Of a DNA stretch of 64,000 bases, positions 12,000 to 25,622 are shown piece after piece. The DNA lies in assembly GCA_002189035.1 (NCBI GenBank), contig NEEC01000008.1:186001-250000 (forward strand). Direction: 5' to 3'. A program made the position numbers and the translations under genes. Numbering within the stretch: the stretch's first letter is position 1; each line of letters begins with the position of its first letter. The notes under the pieces are model-generated. The model was given only the letters and a program-made list of their open reading frames with translations. It had not been told where the DNA came from and did no database searches. The DNA is from Utricularia gibba. Its lineage: Eukaryota > Plantae > Magnoliophyta.

Positions 12000-12509
12000 T
12001 TAAGATATATGGCAGAATAGAAGATTGATCTCAATTACTTAAAGTCAAAGGTCTAATCAAATATCGTTATTAAAGTGTATATGGTATAATTTGTGTACTA
12101 GTATGTAAGCTGTAGAAATTATAATTATTATTTTAAATAACAATCACATAACTTAAGTAAACAAGTCATTATTTGAAGTGTAAACATACACATATGAGTA
12201 AACATATGCATTGATGAAGTGTTAATTCAAAGCATTATTTTTCATTTTTTAATATCCATCTTCTCATTTTATTATTGTTTTTTTTTTTGTGTTCATTTTT
12301 AGAAAATTGATAAGTAATTTTATATCAATTATATGTGTGTTTTTATATAACTCTATTAGATAGGTTTCACATTTATTTTATTTTATTTTTTATATATATT
12401 TTTAAATGAATTATATATTTTTTCTATCAATTTAATCTTTTTGAAAATAAAATGTGTTTTACGATTATTTAAAATGATTTCAATCTAAATTAGAGGAAAT
12501 GGTCTTAAT

Positions 12510-12759
12510 AGCACCATTTTAAAACCACGGTTGGATCGGTTGAGTTGCTAGTCCAATTTGTACCCAATAACCTTAGTGGTTGGGTTGAAGTTCCGGATGT
12601 ATAAATACCTCATTGTTTTCATAAAACCTAGTTTTCTCATTTATCTTCTATATTTTGCTGATGTCATCTTTTGTTGGTTGAGAATAAGTATGAAATGTAT
12701 TAATCTAGCAACAATATACCTCAATCTTTGTCAACCCAATGCCAAATAACAAATGAAGT
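12510..12759 (+). mobile_element. Probable 5' part of an old hAT element later split by the Athila insertion
   Basis: Starts with a TTTTAAAACCACGGTTGGATCGG hAT-like subterminal motif. Joining 12764 to 23254 over one ACTAC copy gives MKYYIIERIDW..FYCFCDHKMGGGRIYRVKQHL, a BED-finger-like sequence. Confidence 0.5.
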
Positions 12760-12764
12760 ACTAC

Positions 12765-13133
12765 TGATAACACACAAATTCTACTATTTTTATAATATGA
12801 AAATTATAACTTTTTAATTACGTTTTAGGTGTTTATTTTATGATTTTAATTGTTTTACCAAAACAAGAAAGAGAAAATGAGTACTTGAGACAGGAGAAGA
12901 TTTTTTTTTGTGTTAGTAGACTAAATAACATACAAAAAAAAGAGTGAGAAAAAAAATATTTTTGGAGAGAGGAGCAAAAAAAAAGAAAAACACACATAGG
13001 GAGCTCGTTGTGTAAGCTTTAAAACGAACAAGAAAGTGGGACGAAAACGATTTTTTTGGAATGAGAGCCTCAAACTTGAGGAACAACACCAAGAACCTAG
13101 TTCAACGCTACTGTTCCGAACTATGAATAGTAG
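12765..13133 (+). repeat. Truncated 5' LTR of the Athila element
   Basis: Homologous to parts of 21813-22350; one hand-aligned 60-nt block (about 13015-13074 vs 22237-22296) has 5 mismatches. It jumps directly to the gag leader, with no PBS visible. Confidence 0.8.
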
Positions 13134-16100
13134 TTGAATTGTTTTGTGTTTTTAGTTGATGCATTTGCGTTCTTTTGATGTAGGTGATTTCGATTTCAAC
13201 CCTAAACTTGAGAAGATTGCTAGGCAAAACCCAAAAAAAGTGAGGGAAGCGGCTATATTGAGAAGACTTCTTGCCATGAACCAAGTGGTTTTAAAGATGT
13301 ACAAACCAAAAAAAACGTTGAATGAATTGGATGTTGCTGACCACACCTATAGAGGTCTATGCATCACGTTCCCAGAGGATGCAACAAATGAGCTTAAATT
13401 GACAATGATTAATTTTTTACATAAGTTCTATGGAAAAATTGGAGAGAACCTTCATGAGCATCTAGACAATGTGACAATGGTGTATACATTATTTAAGGGA
13501 ACTGGAATGACCGAGAATTCAATCTGTTTGAGAGCCTTCCAATTTACTTTGGAAGGAGGAGCTAAAACATGGTTAACTCTCTAAGACCAGGAAGCATCAC
13601 AGATTGAGCTAGTATGAAAAAGATATTTTTGAACAAATATTTTCCAACTTTAAAAACTGAGCAATCGGAAAGAAAATAAGTGATATTGAGCAAATGAGTG
13701 GCAAATCATTGCATGAATATTGGAAAAGATTCAACCAATTTTTGGGGTCATGCCCGCACCACGGGTTTCCAAACTAATGTCTTGGTCAAATATTTCTATG
13801 ATGGATTATTATGCATAGATAGGGCCATAATTGATTTGGTGGCAAGAGGATTCTTGAGGAAAAAAATGTCAACCGATTCTCTTTTCTTGTTTGAGGAGCT
13901 ACATGAGCATTCCAAACATATTATCATGAAACATGCTTCAAATAAGAGAGTATATGAAGTGGAGAGCAAGTCCCCGGTTTCAAAGACTTAACTCACGAAA
14001 AATGTTGTTTTCATGTCTGAAATGATGAAGGAGTTGCTCTTATTCCAAGCTAAGGGATATTTAGACCTCCAGTAGAGAAAGAAATATGATCTATATTCAA
14101 ACACATACAACTCTGCCTGGAGAAGTGTTGAAGACATTCATGGCGCAATCCATTAAAAATTACGCAAAAAATCAACAAGCCATCCAAAATTTGGAGGTTC
14201 AAGTAAGTCAGTTGGCAAAGAAACTTGGAGAGCTAAAATAGAAAGGAAGCTTGCCATCTCAATTGAAGCCAAATCCAAATTCCAATGGAGGGCCAAACAT
14301 CAGTGCCATGACCCTTAGGAATGGGAAAGAGAAACTTGGACGAGAATTAATCTCAATTGCAACTAAGGAAAATGAAACAGGGAAGACAAAAATGAGAAGG
14401 AGAAAATGTTGAAGGCATTACGGAATACTCAATTAAATCAAACACTCTTGTAGTATATAGATCTTGTGCTAAAGAGTGTCAAATATTAGAAGCAACTATG
14501 CACGTCCAAACCCAAGTTGAAAGAGAAGGGAAAGGTGAAATTGAGTGAAAGTTGCTCAGCGCTTCTCACATGGAAACTACTTGAAAAACACAAGGATTTG
14601 GGTACATTTTTAATCCCATGCAAAATGGGAGATTTGTGCATCAAGAGAGCTATGACAGACCTAGGAGCTTCTATTAATGTTATGTTGAATTCTGTTTATG
14701 AGGTTCTTAGATTGGAACATTTGCAAGTAGCGGGAGTGCAAATAGAATTAGTGGATCAAAGAGTGATTTCTCCCAAGGGATTGGTTGAGGATGTTTTAGT
14801 GAAAAAAGCATTTGGTATTCCTAGTCGATTTTAATGTAATGAATATGCCCACTAGAGGATCAAAGAACATTACCATTATCTTAAGATCATTTTTGAGTAC
14901 TTTAAATACTATCATTAATGTGAAGATGGGTATCATTGAGCTCTCTTTTGATGAAGACAAAATCACACTTGATATGAAGGAGGTGAAGAATTATCCTAGT
15001 AATTTTGAGAGCATTTGTGCAGTAGATGTGATGGATGGACTTATTGAAAAGCACTTGGAAAAAGAAATTCAAGAAAAGAAAAAAGCTCATGAAGAATCTC
15101 TACTTAAAAAATTGGAAGTTGAAGAGAAATTTGAGCAACTGAATGTGCTGCAAGCCGAAACCTAGGAAGAGAGGTTAGCTGAATTGAAACCATTGCCTAT
15201 TTGTCTAAAATATGTTTTTCTTGACGTAGAGTTCATAAACCATGTTCTCATTTCCACTGATCTAAGCTCAGACCAAGAGTCACGTCTACTCAAAGTACTG
15301 AAGAGAAACAAGAAGGCAATAGATTGGACGTTTGATGACATTGAAGGGATATGCCTCTTCATATTCATGCATAGAATTTTTATGGAGGATGGAGCAAAAC
15401 CAGCTCGTCAACCTCAAATATGCCTCAATCCAAATATGATAGAGGTGGTAAGAAAAGAAATTATTAAACATTATGATGCAGAAATTATCTACTTCATCAA
15501 CGACAGTGAATGGGTGAGCCCCATCAATGTGGTACCAAAGAAGATTGGAATGACCTTGTTGGAGAATGATAGAAGCAAACTTGTTCAAGAAAGAGTGCAA
15601 AATGGGTGGCAAATTTGTATAGATTATCGAAAATTAAATGAAGTGACAGAAAAAAACATTATCCCTTGCTTTTTATTGATCAGATGTTGAAAAAATTGGT
15701 TGAATTATTTTATTTTTTTATGAATATTTTGGATATAATCATGTTCTTATTTCAAGACAGGATCAAGATAAGACAACCTTCACATGCCCATTTGGAACTT
15801 ATGCTTATAAGAGGATGTCTTTTGAGTTGTGTAATGCCCCAACCACATTTTAGAAGTACATAAGTAGTATTTCTCCAATTTTGGTGAGGATTTTATTGAA
15901 ATATTTATGTATAATTTTATGGTATATGGAGAAAATTTTGAGTTATGCTTAGACCATTTAGATCATGTTTTGAAGAAATATGTTGAAAAGAACCTGGTTT
16001 CAAATTCTGAAAATATTATTTTATGATAGATCAAAATTGCACTGAGACATGTGATTTATGAAAGGGGATTTAACTAGATAAGGCAAAAATCGAAATTATG

Positions 16101-16608
16101 TCTGAACTTATCCTATTGATGTGAAATGTGTTTGATCATTTCTCGAACATGCTAGTTTTTATAAGAGGTTCATTAAGAATTTTTTAAAAATTGCTTTGAC
16201 TCTTAGTAGGTTGTTGTCTAATGATATTGCTTTTGATTTTGATGATTCATGTAAATATGCATTTCATTCTTTGGTTAAGGCTGTTATTATTGCACCTATG
16301 ATGCAACCATCTTATTGGAAGTATGATTTTGAGATTATGTGTGATACTAATAATCATGATGTGGGTGATGTTTTAGGGTAGAAAATAAAAGGGAAGTACC
16401 ATGTTATTTCTTATACTTCCAAAACTTTCGATGAAGTTCAGAAATATTACACCATCACTATGAGGGAAATCTATATGGATCATTCTGCAGTGAAGCACTT
16501 GATGGAGAAGAAGGTCTCCAAACAAAGACTTATCAAATGGGTTCTTTTAGTTCAAAAATTTGACGTTGTGATCAAGGAAGACCTGGAAGGGAGAACCTTG
16601 TGGCTGAT

Positions 16609-17149
16609 TGTTACGAGTGAAAATCAATCCCGGAGATGGGGCTGATTTTTGGACTATAGATGCGATCGGAAATATCGTGCCTTTATGCTTTTTGGCGATT
16701 TGTTCGGCGTGATTGAAAGAGATAAAGGCAGGAAGAGGTTTTTACGTGGAAACCACCGTAAGGCGGAAAAACACGGAGCTGTTGGAGCTCGCCAGAGAAG
16801 ATTTCTACTAGGCGGAGGTGGTCGAGAAAATGATACAGGTCTTTTTTGGGGGTTTCAGGGTCCAACCCCGGTTTTCTTTAGAACTTCTCCTCTTTATAGG
16901 AGAGGCCGAGCTAGTCGAATCCCCCTTTCTGCAGGTGTCGTTTGCCTTTTGTACTTGTACTGTGACCTTACTTTTCAGATGATCGCCGTCCGTTCTGCTA
17001 TGATTCGGCCGCTTTACAAGCTGCATTATACGGCCGTCACTGTCAGATCTCTGATACATATCGGTCTGTCGGCAATCGCTATTCCCTCAGAGCTCCTTTC
17101 GGCAGCCTTTTCAGAGACCGATTATTTTCGACCGATTTACGCCCCATCA
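16609..17149 (-). mobile_element. Solo LTR (541 bp, GC-rich, possibly Tat/Retand-like) inserted in the Athila RNaseH-integrase linker
   Basis: TG...CA termini (TGTTACGAG...GCCCCATCA); flanks CTGAT/TTGAT (4 of 5). It interrupts the host ENLVAD|HL motif. TATA-like CTATAAAG on the minus strand. Confidence 0.8.
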
Positions 17150-18597
17150 TTGATCATCTTAAAAGAATTGAAGGGAATGAAGATGATGGAATCATCATAG
17201 AAACATTTCTCGATGAACAGTTATTCTCAGTTTGGACTACTATATGTGAATCATGGTTTGCCGATATTGCAAACTTTGTTTCAACAGGGATGATGCTACC
17301 TAGAATAAACTATTATGCAAGGAACAAGATAAAGAGTGATGCCAAATATTACATATGGGATTATCCATATTTATGGAAGAGATGCAATAATGGTGTCATT
17401 CGAAGGTGCATTCATGAAATTTAAATTCCAAAAATCATTGATTCTTATCATGCAGAACTTTTGGTGGTCATCATGGACCGAATGTACAGCCAGAAAAATT
17501 TTAGATTGTGGATTCTATTGGCCTCATATTTTTAAAGATTGTTATGCTTATTGCAAAAGTTGTAAACAATGCCAAAGAGTAGAAAATTTATCAAACAGAA
17601 ATGAAATGCCTCAAAAAGGAATCCTAGTATGTGAGTTATTTGATGCATGGGGTATAGATTTTCTTAGATCATTTCCTACCTCAGCAAGTTACAATTACAT
17701 TTTGATTGCAATTGATTATGTGTTCAAATGGATTGAGGCAATTCCTACATAGATTGATGATGCAAAGATAGTGATTAACTTTTTGCACAACAACATTTTT
17801 GTGAGAAATGGAACTCCTAGTTTTTGACCTGATTCGGGAAATTAAAGAATTGAAATAGGGAGTGACCGACACCTCCCTGAACAAGTTGTTATGATGGTTT
17901 AGTGTTGTTTATTTTTATTTTTATTCTATTTTTATTTTATGTTTCTGTTTAGGATTCTGTTTATGTGAAATAAGTGACATCTATTAGTTCTTGTTAGGAC
18001 TAAAAAAAGTGTTTTTTGTCTGGTTTTTACTATTGGCAATAAACTATTTCTAATAGGTTTATGATTGAACATTATAACTGTGAGATAATTTAGATGAATG
18101 AGCTTTGTGGATCATTTTTACTTTCTAAGCATATTTCTACCCTTTTACTTTATGAGAGTATGTGTAAGATTAGAGGAATCTAGAGAGTGCAATATAGATT
18201 AGTTTCACACAATTTGTTGGAATTCATAATCACTATGGAGCAAATTGCCAACAAAAAAAAGAGAGAAAGATGAATAATGGGTCGAAAAAAAGGGAAAAAA
18301 AGCATCATCGAAAAAGTATGAGACCCAAGTCTTAAAAAGCATCACATAATAAAAAAGCATATGAGGATTCAATAAGACGTAAAAGGGTGAGCAAGGATAG
18401 ATTAATTGAAAGGAGTAAGAGGAGTCCTGGTGTTATAAGGTGTGAGTGCTTGGCCAACACTCATTGAAAGAAAAGTTCATGACACCCAGATTAGTCTTGA
18501 AAAGCTGCTCCTACACTTCCAAAAAAAAAAAGAAAAAAAAAGAGAAGAAAAAAGAAACAAAATTTGTTGGCAACTATAATCTTAAGTGATTTTGGTT

Positions 18598-21586
18598 TAG
18601 GGGTGACCATTCGGTAGTGTTGAGTATATTGAATTAAATACGGAACTTCCAAATACTGAAATTTGTAAAAATTTATATACTAAATCCTAACCAAATAATG
18701 TGTCAACTGAAATACCAAATACTGAAATCATTTCGGTATTTAGTATTTGGTTCATCAAATTCCAAATTTTTTATCTCATTAAATATTAATAGTAAAATAT
18801 ATCCCACATATTTAAGATGCCAAAAGGGTCTCAAATATAATATATAAAAAATTCTTAATTTCATTCCATAAAATAAAATACAATAACTTAGGTTTTACGA
18901 AGAACTCATAACTTCCTACTCCAAAGTGATGGAAGAAATTCCTGCTATCTCTGAAACAATAAGATTTAAAAAACATAATATTAGTTTAGATAGATAATAT
19001 CAAAAAACAATAATATATAATTATAAAATATCATCAATAATATGATAATTACCATTCTCAAATTTCTCTTGCTCTAAAGGATCTTCTTCAATGTTTCCTA
19101 AATCATATAATCCTCTAAGCCAATCTTCGGTGCATATGAGTGATTCTATACTCTTGGGACTCGAACTTCTAAAAGGATCAAGAATTCGACCACCTATCGT
19201 ATATCAAATAAAAACTTAAAGATTATATATTAAACTAGAATAAGTTATGAAAAAAATATGTGGTACCTGTATTAAATGCCGACTCAGATGCGACAGTAGA
19301 GATAGGAATTGATAAAACATCACGAGCCATTTGAGCAAGCACAGGAAACTAACAGCATTCACTTTCCAATATGATAAAATATCAAACTTAGAATTGGCCA
19401 TGATTGTTTCTGTATCTTCACTCAAATATTTATCCAATTCTGATCTATCAACTTTAGCTCTCATACCTTTGTTCTTCTTCCATCGATCCAACATTTCCAA
19501 TAATTTGATATCACTGTCACTCTCATTATTAGGTTGCTTTGACAAGTGACTATTGTCCCCACAATTACCATCACTTACATTATTGCTAATCACATCCTCT
19601 ATATTATCCCCACAATTACCTTTATACTCTTCAAATAAAGTGTAGAGAGTTTTTCTAATCTTAAAAATCATGTCAACTGACTTTTCACCATAAATATCAT
19701 TTAAGCAATACTCCAAATACTCAAATTTTTGACGAGGATAAAAAATAACAGCAATGAATATCAACTTGTTCATCTTTTATGCATCACCCCAATATTTCAA
19801 ATATTTTTCTCTCATTTTTATTGCCATTTCAACCAAGTTCACATCACTAGAGTTTTGTCATTCATGTAAAGCTTCATCAACATTTGTAATCTCATGGAAA
19901 AAAAATTGGCAGTGAGAAAATTAGAAGTAGAGACTTTCAGAGTAAGTTGATAAAATTATTCAAGATGTTTGACAAGTCTTCTCACATCATCCCAATCACT
20001 CGCACTTGATATCATGCATATTCCTGTATCATTTTCAAGATCTTTCCTAAAGCTGGTGTTTTCATCATCATATCTCTCAAAGGCCTTCTCAAATTTAAGT
20101 GCAATTTCCAATATCAGATAAGTAGCATTTCACCTAATTGGCACATCTAATGTCAATGAATATTTACACTGAATATTTTTAGCCGTTGCACATTCTTTAA
20201 ACTTCTGCAACCTTTGAGGAGATCCTCTAATATATTTTACAACTTCTCTAACTTTCTTCACAAAATCCATTGCCAATTTTAAACCATCCCTCACAACTAA
20301 ATTAATGATGTGAGCAACACACCGCATACGAAGCAATTCACATTTCATCACACTTTCTTTCCTATTACAATACTTCTCTTTCAAAAACTGAATAGCAACA
20401 TCATTTCAACTAGTATTGTCAACTGTAATTGTAAAAATTCAATTCAATCCCCAATCACGTAAACATCTATCAATAGCAACATCCATGTCTGTTCCCCTTT
20501 GAATCGATATAATGAGTAGTCAATCACATAAAACTCAACAATCGTTTGTGCAATATCCAATCCTCATCAATATAATGAGCAGTCAAGCACATGTAATTCA
20601 CTCTTTGAATCGAAGTCCAATTATCAGTAGTTAAACTTACTCTTTGGGTGCGAGCTTCTAAAATACTCTTTCAATTTTTCCTTTTCAAAGTAAAGCAAGT
20701 CATATATATCATGTTGCACTATCCATCTTGAAGGAACTTTAAACTTAGTACAAACAATAGACATAAAATAGGCAAATTCAGGCCTTAAAACAAATGAAAA
20801 AGGAAGCTCGGTAGATATTATTAATTGTATCAAAGCCTTTCTAATAGTTTTTGGATCGCACCTGATAGTAGTCATATTAGAATTGACTCTAGAATTGAAT
20901 GTGATAATTGTTTGTTTTGAATCAGTATCAGTAGGTTGCATCCTTTCCTTGCAAGTTGTATTATGACTCTTCAGTGTAGACGTCCCATTCGTAGTATTAG
21001 CTCTTATTTCAAGTCCACATGCCTTGCATCGGGCCTTCATTGTTCCATCAGAACCTTCAAATCTTTCATAATCAGACCATAAAGGTGATCTCAAAGCCAT
21101 TTGTTTTCTCTTCTTCCCGCTAGATCTACCAATTGCAGACACTGAAGGTGTTGTAGATTGCCCAGAAAGTGGTGGAGGAGGTGGGTGATTAGAAGATTAC
21201 TCAATGGATAATGGCTGAGTTGAATCATTATCCATGGTAGATAAGAATGGTGGTGGTTGAATTTGGACCAGATTTCTTCAAACCAAAGTGTGTTCAAGAA
21301 CGAAGAATAGCGACGGCATGATTCCTAAAAAAGACAAAACCCTAATAATTCTAAAAGATATAATATATTAGATATTAAATAATATATATTTAAATAACAA
21401 TATAAACCTTTGGTTTATTCGGTATATACCAAATTATATTTCCTATTTCAAATACCAAACCAAAATCCAAAATTTTTAAGAATAATCTACAAAGTATATA
21501 CCAAATACCGAATACTGAATTTCAAATACCAAATAACATAAAATTCAATTCAGTATTTGGAATTCCATTAATTTTGCGCAGCCCTA
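18598..21586 (-). mobile_element. Ac/Tam3-type hAT DNA transposon with frameshifted transposase, nested in the Athila 3' region
   Basis: Ends TAGGGGTG / CAGCCCTA; 8-bp TSD TTTTGGTT/TTTTGGAT; AATACC(G/A)AA subterminal repeats. BED finger (LWSDY..ARCKACG..GTSTLKSH), RCVAHIINLVV and dimerization-domain remnants split over several frames (21142 to about 18930). Confidence 0.9.
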
Positions 21587-21812
21587 TTTTGGATTAATCA
21601 ATTTGATGAGACCATCTTCAAAAGCACTCTTCAAGAATAATCTATTTATGCACATTTGAGTGATAATATAACATGCACACTAGCACTCTTTGGCATAGGC
21701 ATCTGAAATTATACCTAAGTTGTTTATGTTCATCATTGACACATAAGAAGTCAGTTCCCTATTAGTCTTAATTAAGATTTGAGGGCAAGTTTAATATCGT
21801 TGTAGCATAGTG

Positions 21813-23248
21813 TGATAACACACACATTTTTCAATTTTTATGATATGAAAATTATAATTTTTCAGTTATGTTTTATGTGTTTATTTTATGGTTTTAAGTA
21901 TTTTTCCAAAATTTAGAAAATATGTTATTTTTGTTTGTTAGTGGGCTAAATTTTTTGATTTAACCCACTACATTTTTTAACCCATTTTTGAGTTTAGTAG
22001 CAAAGGCCTGAAATCACGGGCAAAACAAGGATTTTGTGTAGCAGTCATTTAGTAGGAAGAGCAGCAAAAAAGAAGAAGACAATGAGTGCTCTTTCACGAT
22101 AGCAAACTGTAGGTCAAAGGCAGGAATAGAATGGCTTTCAAAAACATTACTTACATTGAAGAAAGAGAGGAAAATATACTTTTGGAAAGAGGAGTGAAAA
22201 AAAAAGGAAAAACACACATACATAGCTCATTGGAAAAGCTTCAGAACGAACAAGAAAGTGGGTCGAAGACGATTTTTCTGGAATGAGAGCCTCAAAATTA
22301 AACAGCAACAAGAACACAATTCAGCCTACTGTTTCGTGTTGTGAATAGTAGCAGAAGGAAAACATAACTATTTCACCTTATTTTTAGTTTGTTAGATATT
22401 TAGTTTTTGTGACATTTTATCTTACAATGTTTATGATGTTTTTGTTGGATTGTGATTAGGAAATCTCAATTTGCTTATCAAAGATATTTGCCTAGATCTT
22501 AGGGATAACTTAAGGTGTATAATGGTAATGTGGGGCTAGGATTCATGAGATAATTGATCATTGTGTCTTTAGTTTTGGCTTTTATCATTTCTCCGGTAGA
22601 CCTAAGGGGATGGGAATGAACATCTTCATAACTCTAATGTTTGATTTAGAGGTAGATCGATAAATCAAGACAAGGATAGTAGATGTTATTTTTAGGTAGA
22701 ACCAGTAGAATTGGATAAACCTAATTTTACATATTTCGTACATGGTTAGATCTAAGTGTGGAATGAGTGATGATATTAGGAGCTATCTTAACTAAAAACA
22801 TGATAAATGATTTGAGTAGACTTGTATCACATCATTTAAATCATCTAGTATACCTAAATTGTGACTTGCACTTGGGTAGACCTAAGTTGTGAGTATAGAA
22901 ATATTGTAGATTAAATTAGAAATCTTAGTATGACATCACCTAGACCATATTGAGGCATTTTAGAATTACATTGTGCACAAAACCTGTACTTATTACCTTC
23001 TGCATTGTGGTTCGATTTTATTTACTAAATTCGTGTACCACTATTAGTTTTAGCTTAGATTAAAAGTAATATTTATTTTGCAAGCTTGCATATGGGAAAA
23101 CACATAGCAAACACTTGCTTCTTGATCGACCCCAAAATTCCACTATGTATCTTGTGTTTAATTTGTATTTTGTGAAAATTAGGTCTACAAATTTATTTGA
23201 TATGAAAATTCAATTTCTTGCAACGATTTAAGAAATTTTCATTTATTA
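21813..23248 (+). repeat. 3' LTR of the Athila element (about 1.44 kb)
   Basis: Starts TGATAACACAC and ends TTTATTA (decayed TCA), followed by the TSD. Its 3' end (GATCGACCCC..TCCACTA) is homologous to the solo LTRs at 45200 and 55843. Confidence 0.85.
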
Positions 23249-23253
23249 ACTAC

Positions 23254-25300
23254 ATAATAGAGAGAATTGATTGGATGAAAAGGTTTAACCTTTTTTATTG
23301 TTTTTGTGATCACAAAATGGGTGGTGGTAGAATTTATCGAGTAAAGCAGCATCTAACTTATCAAAATGGTGGTGTTGCTCCATGTTTTAAGGTACATCCA
23401 AATATTCAAAAGAAATTTGAAGATGTTCTTGGAGTGGTTAACAAGTAAAGGAAAAATCAAGCAAGTATTCTCGATTTCTTCCAAGACTTATAATGGAGTA
23501 ATAGGAAAAACACAAGCTCAAGCTACTTTGAAGAGGAGTTGGGCTGAAAAAAAAAAGAAATCAAAAAGACCAAATTAGAGGTAGCAAGGTTCTTTTATGA
23601 TACTTGCATACCTATTAAAACTCCTACATCAAGGTATTGTAAGTTCATGTTTAATGTTGTAATTAAGCTTGGAAATGCATTTGTTCCCCCAAAGTTAAGC
23701 AAGAATTACAATTGTGAATTGATGATATCAGAAGTAGATGGAAAGAAATTGGATGCACAATTATGGGTGATGAATGGACAGATACTTCACATCGTACTTT
23801 GATCAATTTATTTATTTATAGCCCTCATGGCACTATATTTTGGCATTCCGTCAATGCCTCCCATGTTGTAAAGAATGTTGAAACTTTGTTCTATCTATTT
23901 AAGTAAGTTATTGATTGGTTGGTTATGTCAATGTAGTGCATATGGTTACAAATAATACTATAAATTTCATGATTACTGGTAAATTAGTTGAGCAGTACTA
24001 TCCTTCAATTGGTTGGTCCCCATGTGCAGCACACTATTTGAATCTAATTCTAAAGGATATTGGCAAGTGGGAGTGTGTGAAAACTATAATTGAAAGAGCT
24101 GTAGGGTGCATAAGATTTATTTACGATCATATAGCGTTTTTTGGCCAAATTGAGAAAAAGAGATGGTTGAAAACAAATCAAAGGGTCATGTGAAACTAGA
24201 TTTCCCCAGCTTTCATTGCTTTAAAGAGTTTTTTACAACGAAAGGAAGACTTCTAGGTTATTTATAGTCTAATTTATTTGCACCTTGATATTATATTCTA
24301 GTTTTTTTAATTTATGTTGCTGCATCTTTACTTTATTATTCACAAATGTAAGCTGCTCACCTCATCAAAGCTTGGTAGAAGCCCCAAAGAGTGTTTGTGA
24401 ATCGTGTTATAGATAGGAGATTGTGGAATAATTGTCTAATTATTTTAAGGCACATGAAACCTTTAATTAGACTTTTGAAAATTGTAGCTGGAAATAAAAA
24501 AAAACCTTCATTTGGGTATGTTTATGAAGGAATACACCAAGCTTGAAAGTCCATCAAAGGAATCTTCAATAGTGAAAGAAGGTTCTACCGCATCTTTATT
24601 AATATTATCAATGATCGGTGGGATACTCAACTAAAAAAAAACTTGCATGCTGCTGCATATTTTCTAAATCAATGGTACCAATATGATCCAATGCATCGAG
24701 AGAAAATGTAAAAGATTAGGTGTAATGTGGTTGATGTTATTATCAAAAGATTAGATGCTTATGTTGGTAAGTGCTTGAATTACATAAAATTGTTTGAAGA
24801 GAGGTGACAGAGTTTTGGAATGAGAACTACAATAAAGATAACCAAGAACATGTTACCGGGTATTAAGTATTTTTTATTTATATAATTTGAATTCTTAATT
24901 TTATTTTAATTATTATCGTATCCATTTAATTTGAAGGTGATTGATGGCTTTGGTTTGGATCCAGTGCTTTTGAGATAAAATGTATGACAATTAAAATCCT
25001 TGGACAAACTAGTCGGCCTTGGGTTGTGAAAAAAACTAAAGTGTGCTTGATCGGATTCATAAAAAAATTAAGAAATCAATTGGCACATCATAGATGGCTT
25101 GAAAAAAACCTATTTCCTTGGATCTAATTGATATTGAGAATATAGATAGCACACAAGAATCTTCATGACTTCTTGAGGAGGGAAGTGATCTCTTTTTGGA
25201 TTGTGTGGAAATTGAAAGAATGTTATATGAAGATCTAGAAGCTCCTATAGTGAAAGAGAAAAATGTTGCTAACCTTAAGGGAGCATTTGATATGCGGGTA
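23254..25300 (+). mobile_element. Degenerate hAT transposase of the BED/DUF659 type
   Basis: GGGRIYRVKQHL; NVVHMVTNNTINF..GKLVEQYYPSIGWSPCAAHYLNLILKDIG (DUF659-like); KKNLHAAAYFLN; dimerization-domain-like remnant near 25000-25100. Many stops; right terminus not found. Confidence 0.75.
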
Positions 25301-25622
25301 GGGATTTAGCATAGTTTTAATTTATTTGGATTTATATAAACATGTTTCATTGGATTAGGAGGTCATTGATATTTGGTTAGTGAATATAAGTTATTTGGGT
25401 TATAGGTTAGAACATCTTTGGTATGCAGGATAAAAAGTGGATATTATATTAATTTGTGTATGAAATGACTAATATATCCTTCTTTTATGAATAATACAAT
25501 TTAGTAAAAAAAAATTCAGTTTCCCTCCTCTTCTTTGTATTCCCCCGACCAACACCTTTATCTCAAAAAATGAACAATCACCTCCTCCTTTCTCCCTTGT
25601 TCCTTCCCTATTTTCTCCATTC

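Larger units (their letters stand above)
12765..23248 (+). mobile_element. Athila-lineage Ty3/gypsy LTR retrotransposon, degenerate, with two nested insertions
   Basis: 5-bp TSD ACTAC at 12760-12764 and 23249-23253; both LTRs start TGATAACACAC. Gag (LRAFQFTLEGGAKTWL), protease (AMTDLGASINVM), RT (WVSPINVVPKK, CIDYRKLN), RNase H (FEIMCD) and integrase (CGFYWPHIFKD..CKQCQR, FDAWGIDF), all interrupted. Confidence 0.9.

Noticed and set aside
16649-17200. 183-aa ORF in the ORF track
   Set aside because: Lies almost entirely in the solo LTR (16609-17149), has a non-ATG start and no recognizable motif; a chance ORF in GC-rich DNA.
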